Of a stretch of 64,000 nt of DNA, positions 41,623-50,445 are shown piece by piece (position 1 is the stretch's first letter; each line of letters starts with the position of its first letter). The position numbers were made by a program, and so were the translations under genes. This stretch comes from Planctomycetota bacterium. GTDB taxonomy: Bacteria > Planctomycetota > UBA1135 > GCA-002686595. The notes beneath the pieces are model-generated. The model saw only the letters and a list, made by a program, of their open reading frames with translations, did not search any database and was not told the origin of the DNA. The DNA lies in NCBI GenBank assembly GCA_022446815.1, contig JAKVCD010000018.1, positions 211,908 through 275,907 on the forward strand, written 5' to 3'.

Positions 41623-44190
41623 TCAGTCCCTGCCGAAGAGCTGGAAGGCGGCCCAGTCAGGGCTCCCGTTCGCGCGCAGGCGCCGGCCTGCGTTCCTCAC
41701 GGCCTCCGAAGGCGTCATCTTCGCTAAGAGTGCCTCGTGCATGGCGACCCCGAAGTCTCGGGCGGCCTCGTCCGGGACTGGCCATTGCGTCGCGACGACG
41801 TTGCGGGTCCCCGTAGAGAGGAAGGCGCGGCAGAAACCTAGCACCCCTTCTCCGTCGAGCACCTGGCCTCCGGCCGTCTCACATCCCATCAAGATGACGA
41901 GCTCCCTCGCGCCGGGTTTGGCCGGGAGGTCTGCGACGCCTAGGGTCACGCCATCTGTGAGCTCCCATGCGGGGCCTGGCCCGTCTGCCGTCTCGACCCA
42001 CTCAACGTGGGTCGCGACGTGGAGGCAGTCGTCGCCCTCAAGCGCTTTGAGCATCGCCGCCTTGGTCATCGCCGCACCCATCAAGAGCTCGGCGGGCCGT
42101 CGCGCGCTGATCTTCTCTAGCTCATCGACTGCGGCTTCAAGTCTCGGACGTCCGTCTCTCACGAGCGGTGCGCCAGCGAGAGTCCAGCTCGCCGCTGGGA
42201 GCTTGGACTCGCCAGGGCTTAGGTCCGGTATGCCAGGAAGCGTCCTCAAGGTCGCGGCCTCACTGAGGAGGAGCGTCTCTGCGCTTTCAGCCCTGTGGAC
42301 TCTGAGCGCGCTCACAGGGAGGGACTCGAGCGGCCCATGCGTGCAGAGCAAGAGGCTGCCGCTGTTTGAGGTGGCGAGGAGCTCTCTCAGCGCGCTCGGG
42401 AGCAGGCTCGTTGCGAGCTCGATGCCTACGTCCTCTGCGCTCGTTTCATCGCCCTCCCGCAGGGCTTGCGTCAGATGACTCACTGCGCGCTGGATCGCAC
42501 GCCTGCCGTGGGGGATCTCAAGAGAGTCTGTCCGACCATCGGGGCCAATCCAGAGCGCGAGGCCTTCGTCGGGGCCCAAGGCCCAGGTCACCAATCCGTG
42601 CTGTGTCCCAGCAGCCCATCTGAGGAGGTCGTTCTCTTCGATGCCCCGAATAGCAGAGCGGAGGCTCCTCGACTGGAGCTCCTCTATCGTTCGTGCTGCG
42701 AGCAGGGGGCGCTCGAGCTGCACGTAGGTGCGCGCGAGGAGTTGGACAGCGTGCATGCCGAGCGCCTCGCCCCCGAGGCTCGCGGTCTCGCTCGCGGAGG
42801 TCCGCGGAGCGAGGCCTCTGTCGCGCTCGAGCGCCCTGCGAAACGCGGGCTCTAGGGCTGCGCGTGCGAGCTCGAAGTGCCCTGAGCGGTGAAGATGTTC
42901 TCCAGAGTAGATCTCCGCGATCTCTTTGAGCTCGGTGGGGAGTGTAGAGATCCATGACTCGCTCAACAGGGTGGAGAGATCTCCCAAACTGCGCTCGCGC
43001 CTTGAGCCGGTCAGCTCATCGAGGGATCTCAACGCGAGGTATGCGCGCAGCAGGCGCGAGCGATTGGTATAGGTGACGCCACGGTTCAGCAACGCCTCTG
43101 CCTGCTCCAGCTCGCCCGCGCGAATGAGGACTGTGGCCTCGAGATCACGCGCTTGGTCGCGGAGCTTAGGAGATGAGAGAGGGTCGACACCTGCGGCGGA
43201 TTGGCGGTCGAAGAGCGCATCTAGGTAGAAGGAGTGCGCTTGCTCAGGATGATCCTCGTCGATCAGCCAGGTGACAGTCTCCTGCGCCCATGCCCACCAC
43301 TCTTCGAGCGCCGTGCGATCCGGGTCACGAGCGAGCGCACCCCACTCGCGTAAGAGCCGCTCCCGCTCGAGACCTAAGCCTGCGCGGTCAGCGGCGCGTA
43401 CGAGTGAGCGAAGGAAGAGAGACTCATAGAGTGAGTCGTTGATCTCGCGCGCTAGCTGCAGCCCGCGGAGGGCGTGAGCGCGAGCGGTGCTGAGATCGGC
43501 GGTGCGCAAGCGCGCACGGGCAGCGACCTCGAGGGCCTCGACCTCTTGTTCGTAGAAGCCCACACGTCCGTACGTGTCGACGGCGCGCTCTGCGAGCGTG
43601 GAGGCGCTGGAGGCGTCGGCGATGCCCTCGCCTCTGAGGAGCAGCTCTGCACTGATGCGCCTTGCGTAGGCAGCGGGGAGCGGGTCTCTCAGCTCGTCGA
43701 GCTCTCGCGTGATCTCGTCGAGCTCTCGCAGCAGCTCGCTGCGCTCATAGTTGGGATCTGCGCTGAAGGCGTCGAGGGAGGCTTCGATTCGATCGATCCC
43801 AGCTCCTGCGAGCATCGCTTGCAGCGAGTCGAGCGAGGTCAGGTGTGTGGTTACGCGCAGGGCATCTTCGCGGCCGCACGCTTCGTTGAGCTCACTCGCT
43901 AAGGATCGGAGCGAGGGCTGATCAGTCGACTCGCCGCGGTGCACCGCTCGGAGTCCTTCTCGTAGTTGGCGTAGCTGGTCTACGCAGGCTGGCGCCGCGC
44001 TTGCGGAGAGGGACTCCGATGAGGGCTGCGGCGCTGGTGGAGCGAGCGCTTCAGCTCGCGAAGGCCTCTCCGGAAGGCTCCCGATCGCAGCGCTGACTAC
44101 GAGCAGGCTCCCAGCGCTCACCAAGAGGGCAGACTCAAGCGAGAGGTCTCGCCTCGGGCGGAGGGCCTCCTCCAAGTCTCCGCGCGTCAT
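41623..44190 (-). CDS. Membrane-anchored TPR-like / CHAT-domain (caspase-fold) protein
   Basis: N-terminal anchor SALLVSAGSLLVVSAAIGSL after a basic stretch. About 500 aa of helical repeats follow. The C-terminal ~325 aa have LLLCTHG, CLHVATHVE (His box) and ELVILMGCETAGG (Cys box), as in CHAT domains. Confidence 0.8.
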   Translation of the reverse strand: MTRGDLEEALRPRRDLSLESALLVSAGSLLVVSAAIGSLPERPSRAEALAPPAPQPSSESLSASAAPACVDQLRQLREGLRAVHRGESTDQPSLRSLASELNEACGREDALRVTTHLTSLDSLQAMLAGAGIDRIEASLDAFSADPNYERSELLRELDEITRELDELRDPLPAAYARRISAELLLRGEGIADASSASTLAERAVDTYGRVGFYEQEVEALEVAARARLRTADLSTARAHALRGLQLAREINDSLYESLFLRSLVRAADRAGLGLERERLLREWGALARDPDRTALEEWWAWAQETVTWLIDEDHPEQAHSFYLDALFDRQSAAGVDPLSSPKLRDQARDLEATVLIRAGELEQAEALLNRGVTYTNRSRLLRAYLALRSLDELTGSRRERSLGDLSTLLSESWISTLPTELKEIAEIYSGEHLHRSGHFELARAALEPAFRRALERDRGLAPRTSASETASLGGEALGMHAVQLLARTYVQLERPLLAARTIEELQSRSLRSAIRGIEENDLLRWAAGTQHGLVTWALGPDEGLALWIGPDGRTDSLEIPHGRRAIQRAVSHLTQALREGDETSAEDVGIELATSLLPSALRELLATSNSGSLLLCTHGPLESLPVSALRVHRAESAETLLLSEAATLRTLPGIPDLSPGESKLPAASWTLAGAPLVRDGRPRLEAAVDELEKISARRPAELLMGAAMTKAAMLKALEGDDCLHVATHVEWVETADGPGPAWELTDGVTLGVADLPAKPGARELVILMGCETAGGQVLDGEGVLGFCRAFLSTGTRNVVATQWPVPDEAARDFGVAMHEALLAKMTPSEAVRNAGRRLRANGSPDWAAFQLFGRD

Positions 44191-44199
44191 CGCGCGAGG

Positions 44200-45312
44200 T
44201 CAGTCGGCAGGGGTGACGGCGAGGAAGCGCTCGGCCTCGTACTTATTGCACATACCTCGTCTGACGAGGTCTCTCGCGAGCGCTCGCGCGTCCGCGATGA
44301 AGTTGTTCTCGTGCAGCTCCCTCACAGCTCCGACTCCGCCGCCCTGGTGGAGGATGGCCTGCTCAAGCCCTTGGTTGTGCACCACGTTGAAGTTCGCTTC
44401 GCCGAGGCGTCGAGGCGTACCGTCGAGCTCACGGAGTGACCATGCCTCCCATGAGTAGCGGCCTGCAGGGAGTGGGCCAGCGAGTTGGAGCGTGGGCTCA
44501 GAGCTGGTGATGTGATAGAGCAGCATGCGCTCCTTGGGGTCCGCGAGCGCAGAGCTGTGGCCCTGATAGACGTAGATGTCGTAGCTTGCTTCACCGCTCT
44601 CAGGGCGCACCTCAAAGAGGACGTCGCTGAGCCTAGGAAGGCCCGGGAGGTCCTTAGAGCGGGCAAGCACGAGGTCTTTAGGAGACACGAGGCGCTGGGC
44701 TGTGTTGCCACGCATCACAGCAGGGCTGGGGAAGCCGTCGAGGTCCTTGCCAAGCACTGAGGAGGGCCACCCGCTCAGCATCAAGACGGCGAGCATGGAC
44801 GCGGCAACTAGGAAGGGGACGTGCCTCAGGCCAGGCCGAGAGGTCGCACGCGGGCTACGAGCCAGAGTGAGCTCACGTGAGCTCTTCGTGCGAGGTGCAG
44901 GTGTGGGGGTGGGAAGCGGCATAGGGCTGTCGACGACGATCAGCGGGCTGGGTGGGCGCTCAGCGAGCGTTGAGACGAGGGCAGCACAGTCGGCGCAGCC
45001 CTTGATGTGTTCTGCAATCTCGGCTTGGCGGGAGAGGCTGAGGCTGGTGGGCTCTAGCGATTGCCCAAAGTCAAAGAGCTCTTCAGCGCTCGGGCAGCAG
45101 CTCTTCTCTTCAGTAGAGTCAACGGTCGCTTCCGAGGGCTCTGTGAGCCACGCCTCTGCGAGCTGCAGGCGGTGCAGATGGACTCGCGCAGTAGGGTCTG
45201 CCTCAAGCTCTGCGAGCTCTGCTTCGTCGAGCTCGTCGTAGCCAAGCAAGCGCTCGATGATCTGGGCGGAGAGGACCTCTTCGTCCGGGGGCGTGGGGTC
45301 AGGCTGTTCCAT
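44200..45312 (-). CDS. Anti-sigma factor, zf-HC2 (ZAS) type, single-pass with large extracytoplasmic domain
   Basis: H-x3-C-x2-C motif HIKGCADC. TM helix VPFLVAASMLAVLMLSGW. About 190 aa lie C-terminal of the TM. A 12-nt gap separates it from the sigma gene. Confidence 0.7.
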   Translation of the reverse strand: MEQPDPTPPDEEVLSAQIIERLLGYDELDEAELAELEADPTARVHLHRLQLAEAWLTEPSEATVDSTEEKSCCPSAEELFDFGQSLEPTSLSLSRQAEIAEHIKGCADCAALVSTLAERPPSPLIVVDSPMPLPTPTPAPRTKSSRELTLARSPRATSRPGLRHVPFLVAASMLAVLMLSGWPSSVLGKDLDGFPSPAVMRGNTAQRLVSPKDLVLARSKDLPGLPRLSDVLFEVRPESGEASYDIYVYQGHSSALADPKERMLLYHITSSEPTLQLAGPLPAGRYSWEAWSLRELDGTPRRLGEANFNVVHNQGLEQAILHQGGGVGAVRELHENNFIADARALARDLVRRGMCNKYEAERFLAVTPAD

Positions 45313-45324
45313 CTTGGCGCAGGG

Positions 45325-45930
45325 TCAGCCAGCGAGGCCGACCTCTCCTTTCAAAGGGTTGTTGTTGATAAGCAGTCTGCGCAGTGAGCGCTTCGCTCCG
45401 TTCAACCTGTACTTCGTCGTCTCGAGCGTCAGTGAGAGGCGCGAGGAGACCTCACGCAGGCTGAGCTCGTGGAGATAGCGCAGCTCTAGCAGGTTCCTCT
45501 CTTGAGGGTCTAGACGAGTCAGAGCGTCGCGGACTTCACCCGCGATCTCTGCGTCGGCCGCGCTCTCAAGGGGGCCGGGGTCTTCAGCGTCTTGCTCGGG
45601 GACTGCCTCTTGAGGCAACCTGCTTCCAGGAGCCTGGCGGGCCTTGAGTCGCCGCTGCAAGTCGACGCAGCGGCACCAAGCCACCCTGTAGAGCCAGGTG
45701 CCTAACGCGCCGCGCTCCGGGTCGAAGTGGTCGCCATCAAGCCGCTCAAGGGAGTACTTGAGGAGCTCCTGTAGGAGGTCATCGCGCTCAAGGTCCCTCC
45801 CCGCAAACTGGCTAATGCAGTGGTGCAGCAGGGGCGAATAGCGCTCCAAAAAGACCTCCATGGCCTTGGGATCGCGCGCTTGGAGCCCGCTGACGAGCTC
45901 CACCTCTTCCATAGTCTTCTCGGATTTCAT
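45325..45930 (-). CDS. ECF-type RNA polymerase sigma-70 family factor
   Basis: Region 2 (FLERYSPLLHHCISQFAG, DDLLQELLKYSLERL, GTWLYRVAWCRCVDLQRR) and region 4 (ERNLLELRYLHELSLREVSSRLSLTLETTKYRLNGAKRSLRRLL) are present. The start could be upstream at 45993. Confidence 0.85.
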   Translation of the reverse strand: MKSEKTMEEVELVSGLQARDPKAMEVFLERYSPLLHHCISQFAGRDLERDDLLQELLKYSLERLDGDHFDPERGALGTWLYRVAWCRCVDLQRRLKARQAPGSRLPQEAVPEQDAEDPGPLESAADAEIAGEVRDALTRLDPQERNLLELRYLHELSLREVSSRLSLTLETTKYRLNGAKRSLRRLLINNNPLKGEVGLAG

Positions 45931-46076
45931 GGGGATCGAGGAGCGCTGAAGGCGCCCCCGGCATGGCTTCTTTTCGGCCCGGAATCCCATCACCGACCCA
46001 GGATGAGTCAGATGAGGGCCTCGAGTCCCTATCTCGCTCCCAGCTGGTGCGGCCTGTTGCCCGAAAGGAGTTCAAG

Positions 46077-46102
46077 TTCGTGCTGGCTTCCCATTAGGTT
46101 CC
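46077..46102 (-). promoter_or_regulatory. Candidate ECF-type promoter (GGAAC-N17-CGAA) upstream of the sigma gene
   Basis: The minus strand reads GGAACctaatggggaagccagcaCGAA-like, approximately. This is a single by-eye match with no second copy found upstream of other genes in the window. Confidence 0.2.
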
Positions 46103-46262
46103 TATCCAAAATGGGCCTCCTGACGCCTAAGAGGCCCTATGAGGACCCTCGCGAGGGGTCTGGTGGTCACCAAGGGGTGCAGATTATGATCCTTGGTCCA
46201 AGACCCTCCTTCTTAACTCTCACTGAGAGTCCATCGGCACGAACCAAGAACCCCAGATTCCT

Positions 46263-47441
46263 ATGTCAGCTGTCATTGTCAGCGCCTGCAGAACCCCGGT
46301 CGGGACCTTCCAGGGTGGCCTGAGCGCCCTCAGCGCTCCAACGCTTGGTTCCCTCGCAGTCCAAGAGGCCGTTCGACGCGCGGGCGTCGATGTAGGCCAA
46401 GTTGAAGAGTGCTTGATGGGCAATGTCCTGCAGGCCGGCCTCGGGCAGAACCCTGCGCGCCAGGCTGCGCGTGGCGCAGGCCTCCCCGATGCGATCGGCT
46501 CAACCACGATCAATAAGGTCTGCGGCTCAGGCCTGAAGAGCGTGATGCTCGCTGCGCAGGCCATCAAGGCTGGTGACCACGCGTGCGTCGTGGCTGGTGG
46601 GATGGAGAGCATGACTCGCGCCCCCTACCTCGTGCCCCAGGCACGCGATGGCGTCCGTCTCGGGCACGGAGAGCTGATCGACTCTATGGTCGGTGACGGG
46701 CTCTGGGACGTCTACAACGACTTTCACATGGGCATCACGGCAGAGATGGTCGCGGATGAGCACGACGTCTCTCGTGAAGCTCAAGACGCCTTCGCGGCTG
46801 AGAGCCATCGCCGCGCCGCGGATGCTGCCAAGGCGGGTCGCTTTGACGATGAGAAGTTCACAGTCAACGTCCCGCAGCGCAGAGGGGACGACGTCCCGTT
46901 CACCACAGACGAGAACATCCGCGAGGGTATGACGGCTGAGTCCATCGCCGGGATGCGGCCAGCGTTCAAGAAGGACGGTTCGGTGACGGCCGGGAACGCC
47001 TCCTCGATCAACGATGGCGCAGCCGCGCTCGTCGTGATGAGCGAGGAGATGGCGGCGGACCTCGGCAAGGCGCCGCTCGCTCGCATCACTGCCTACGCTA
47101 CCGGCGGTTGCGCGCCGGAGTGGGTGATGATGGCACCGGAGCACTCGATCAAGAAGTGCGCTGGGATGCTCGGAATGGAGCCCAGCGACTTTGACCTGCA
47201 CGAGATCAACGAGGCCTTCAGCGCGGCAGCGCTCGCGCTGACGCGCACCCTCTCCCTTGACGCTGAGAAGGTCAATGTCAACGGTGGCGCGGTCGCGCTC
47301 GGACACCCGATCGGGGCGTCTGGCGCGCGCGTCTTAGTGACCTTGCTGCACGCAATGCAGCAGCAGGACGCGAAGACAGGGATGGCCTCTCTCTGCCTCG
47401 GAGGCGGAAACGCAGTCTCTCTAGCGGTGGAGAGGGTCTAG
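46263..47441 (+). CDS. Acetyl-CoA C-acetyltransferase (thiolase II)
   Basis: [45 protein letters not shown] and CLGGGNAV are present. Confidence 0.9.
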   Translation: MSAVIVSACRTPVGTFQGGLSALSAPTLGSLAVQEAVRRAGVDVGQVEECLMGNVLQAGLGQNPARQAARGAGLPDAIGSTTINKVCGSGLKSVMLAAQAIKAGDHACVVAGGMESMTRAPYLVPQARDGVRLGHGELIDSMVGDGLWDVYNDFHMGITAEMVADEHDVSREAQDAFAAESHRRAADAAKAGRFDDEKFTVNVPQRRGDDVPFTTDENIREGMTAESIAGMRPAFKKDGSVTAGNASSINDGAAALVVMSEEMAADLGKAPLARITAYATGGCAPEWVMMAPEHSIKKCAGMLGMEPSDFDLHEINEAFSAAALALTRTLSLDAEKVNVNGGAVALGHPIGASGARVLVTLLHAMQQQDAKTGMASLCLGGGNAVSLAVERV

Positions 47442-47444
47442 CTC

Positions 47445-48305
47445 ATGTCTGACAACATCCACGAGAAGGTCAGCGTGATCGGCGCTGGCACCATGGGCAA
47501 CGGGATCGCACAGGTCTTCGCGATGAGCGGGAGCTCCGTCAACCTGATCGACCTGAACGAAGAGGCCCTCGCGCGCGGCCTCGCGACGATCGAGAAGAAC
47601 CTCGCACGAGTCGTGAAGAAGGGTGGCCTCAGCGAAGAGGATGCTGCTGCTGCGCTCGGTCGCATCACGACGGGTGACTCTCTCGCTCTCGCCGCGGACA
47701 GCGGGCTCGTCGTAGAGGCAGTCGTCGAGAAGAGTGAAGTGAAGGGCGCGGTCTTCCGTGAGCTCGACGAGATCTGCGCCCCCGGCGCGATCCTCGCCTC
47801 AAACACCTCCTCGATCTCGATCACGGAGATCGCGTCGAACACCAAGCGGCCCGAGCAGGTGATCGGGATGCACTTCATGAACCCTGTGCCTGTGATGAAG
47901 CTCGTAGAGGTCATCAGGGGGAGAGAGACCTCAGACGAGACGACCGCTCAGGTGGTCTCATGCTCTGAGGAGGTCGGGAAGATCCCGGTCGAGGTCAACG
48001 ACTCTCCTGGCTTCGTCTCGAACAGAGTCCTTATGCCGATGATCAACGAGGCCGCCCACTGCCTCTCAGAGGGGGTCTCGACCCCTGAGGGAGTGGACGC
48101 AGTGATGAAGATCGGTATGGCTCACCCTATGGGTCCGCTCACGCTCGCGGACCTTATCGGGCTTGACGTCTGTGTAGACATCCTCGAGGTCTTGCGCGCC
48201 GGACTCGGCGATGACAAGTACGCTCCGAGCCCTGCTCTCCTTGAGCGGGTCCAGGCGGGGCACCTTGGCCGAAAGAGCGGAAAGGGCTTCTACGACTACG
48301 AATAG
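47445..48305 (+). CDS. hbd: 3-hydroxybutyryl-CoA dehydrogenase
   Basis: [35 protein letters not shown] and GFVSNR are present. Confidence 0.88.
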   Translation: MSDNIHEKVSVIGAGTMGNGIAQVFAMSGSSVNLIDLNEEALARGLATIEKNLARVVKKGGLSEEDAAAALGRITTGDSLALAADSGLVVEAVVEKSEVKGAVFRELDEICAPGAILASNTSSISITEIASNTKRPEQVIGMHFMNPVPVMKLVEVIRGRETSDETTAQVVSCSEEVGKIPVEVNDSPGFVSNRVLMPMINEAAHCLSEGVSTPEGVDAVMKIGMAHPMGPLTLADLIGLDVCVDILEVLRAGLGDDKYAPSPALLERVQAGHLGRKSGKGFYDYE

Positions 48306-48318
48306 GTCGATGCTAAGA

Positions 48319-49461
48319 ATGAACTTCGAACTGAATGAGGAGCTCGCGATGGTGCGCGACATGGCGCGCGACTTCGCGACCGCAGAGCTCGACCCGCGCG
48401 CGCAGCGGCACGACGAGCAAGGACACATCGACGAAGAGGTCTTCGGGCTCATCAGCGAGCTCGGCCTCTGGGGCCTCACGATCCCTGAGGAGTATGGCGG
48501 GGCAGGGATGGGCAACCTGGCCCTCTCGCTGGTCTTGGAGGAGCTCAATCGAGCAGATGCCTCCGTGGGAGTGACCCTCTCCGTGCACAACAGCCTCCTC
48601 GGCGCGCCCATTATGAAGTTCGCGACCGACGAGCAGAAGCAGCGGTGGCTGCCGCAGCTAGCCTCTGGAGAGGCGATCGGCTGTTACTGCTTGACCGAAC
48701 CGAACGCTGGGTCTGACGCGGCTGCGCTGCAAACGCGGGCCGTACGGGACGGAGACGATTGGATCCTCTCAGGGACGAAGATCTGGGTGACGAACGGCGG
48801 GCTCGCCTCGCTCGGGATCGTCTATGCGCGGACAGACCCTGACGCGTCGAACGCTAATGGGATCAGCGCCTTCCTCGTCCCGCTCGACGCCGAGGGGATC
48901 AGCCTCGGAGCCCCAGAGAAGAAGACCGGCATCCGCGCCTCATCTACTGTAGAGATTCAGTTCGACGACGTGCGGGTCCAAGGTGACGCGTTGCTGGGTG
49001 AGGAGAATCGCGGTTTCCAGATCGCGATGGACACCCTCGATGGCGGCCGCATTGGCATCGCGAGTCAAGCGGTAGGGATCGGCCGCGCTTGTCTCGAGGC
49101 CAGCGTGAAGTACGCCGGCGAGCGCGAGCAGTTCAATCAACCCATCGGTCGCTTTCAGGCGATCCAGTGGAAGATCGCTGACATGGCGACACGCCTCGAC
49201 GCTGCGCGGCTCCTGACTTGGCGCGCTGCCACGCTGCGTGACGAGGGCGCTCGCTGCAGCCTCCAAGCGGCGCAAGCGAAGCTCTCCGCGTCGACCGCAT
49301 GCAACTACGCCGCCGACGAGTGCCTCCAGATCCACGGCGGCGCTGGCTACACCGACGACTTCCAAGTGGAGCGCCTCTTCCGAGACGCCCGCATCACCGA
49401 GATCTACGAGGGCGCCTCCGACATCCAGCGCATCGTGATCGCACGGAGCCTCATGTCCTGA
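48319..49461 (+). CDS. Acyl-CoA dehydrogenase (short-chain/butyryl-CoA type)
   Basis: MNFELNEE..RDFA, CLTEPNAGSDA, WITNG, QIHGGAGYT and RDARITEIYEG are present. The ATG at 48310 is an alternative start. Confidence 0.88.
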   Translation: MNFELNEELAMVRDMARDFATAELDPRAQRHDEQGHIDEEVFGLISELGLWGLTIPEEYGGAGMGNLALSLVLEELNRADASVGVTLSVHNSLLGAPIMKFATDEQKQRWLPQLASGEAIGCYCLTEPNAGSDAAALQTRAVRDGDDWILSGTKIWVTNGGLASLGIVYARTDPDASNANGISAFLVPLDAEGISLGAPEKKTGIRASSTVEIQFDDVRVQGDALLGEENRGFQIAMDTLDGGRIGIASQAVGIGRACLEASVKYAGEREQFNQPIGRFQAIQWKIADMATRLDAARLLTWRAATLRDEGARCSLQAAQAKLSASTACNYAADECLQIHGGAGYTDDFQVERLFRDARITEIYEGASDIQRIVIARSLMS

Positions 49462-49464
49462 GCG

Positions 49465-50445
49465 ATGAGCGCTGCTCAAGGAGTCCTCGACCGCCTCGTC
49501 ACAGGTGACCGCACTGCGCTCGCTCGCGCGATCACCTGGGCTGAGTCGGCGGACCCGCGCTTCCGTGCGGTCCTGACGGGCGCAAACGAGCGCGTAGGGC
49601 GCGGGTGGCGTGTAGGGATCACCGGCCCTCCGGGCGCTGGGAAGAGCACCCTCACGAACGAGCTCATCAGCGCCCACCGAGCGGCTGAGCGCAGCGTCGG
49701 TGTTCTCGCAGTTGACCCCTCGAGCCCCTTCACCGGGGGCGCGCTCCTCGGAGACAGGATTCGGATGGACGGCCGCACCTCTGATGAGGGCGTGTTCATC
49801 CGCTCGATGGCCTCACGCGGTAGTCACGGCGGCATCGCACGCGCGACCGTCGACGCAGTCGATGCGATGGACGCCTTCGGCCTTGAAGAGCTCTTGATCG
49901 AGACGGTCGGCGTAGGACAAGCCGAGTATGACGTTGTGGGCGCAGCGGACACCGTACTCGTCGTGCTGTGCCCCGGCGCTGGCGATGGGGTGCAGGCGCT
50001 CAAGTCAGGAATTCTTGAGGTCGCTGATGTCCTCTGCGTCAACAAGGCCGACCTCAGCGGGGCAGAGCGCCTTGCGGCAGATTTAGAGGAGGCTGTCTCG
50101 CTAAGAGATGTTGAGCCGCATGGCGGCTGGGTCACTCCAGTTGTCTCATGCAGCGCGGGCACCTCAGAGGGGATAGAGGATGTGTTGGCCGCCCTCAGTC
50201 TGCACCGCACATGGCTAGAAGACGGTCGCCTCGAGGCGCACCGTGAGGCGAGGCGCCTGGCGCAGGTGCACCGCGCGCTGGCCGAGGCTGTGGACAGAGA
50301 GCTGTGGGAGGCATTCGGCTGGCGTGAGCGAGCCGTTCGCCTCTTGGCTGATGGAGCGGCCCATTACGATGTGGTCGCAGACCTGATCGAGGAGCTGCGA
50401 GTGCAGACGCGCACCGCGGCTGGAGGAGGTGCGAGCGAGAGATGA
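49465..50445 (+). CDS. meaB: Acyl-CoA mutase-associated G-protein chaperone (MeaB/ArgK family)
   Basis: GPPGAGKST, DPSSPFTGGALLGDRIRM, ETVGVGQ and VNKADL are present. Confidence 0.9.
   Translation: MSAAQGVLDRLVTGDRTALARAITWAESADPRFRAVLTGANERVGRGWRVGITGPPGAGKSTLTNELISAHRAAERSVGVLAVDPSSPFTGGALLGDRIRMDGRTSDEGVFIRSMASRGSHGGIARATVDAVDAMDAFGLEELLIETVGVGQAEYDVVGAADTVLVVLCPGAGDGVQALKSGILEVADVLCVNKADLSGAERLAADLEEAVSLRDVEPHGGWVTPVVSCSAGTSEGIEDVLAALSLHRTWLEDGRLEAHREARRLAQVHRALAEAVDRELWEAFGWRERAVRLLADGAAHYDVVADLIEELRVQTRTAAGGGASER

Noticed and set aside
45994-46262. Possible structured RNA in the divergent spacer between the ECF sigma gene and the thiolase. It has three short hairpins, for example gggcctc..gaggccc and accaagg..ccttggt.
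   Set aside because: The stems are only ~7 bp and I recognise no known riboswitch core. This is more likely ordinary promoter or leader sequence. A covariance analysis would be needed to say more.
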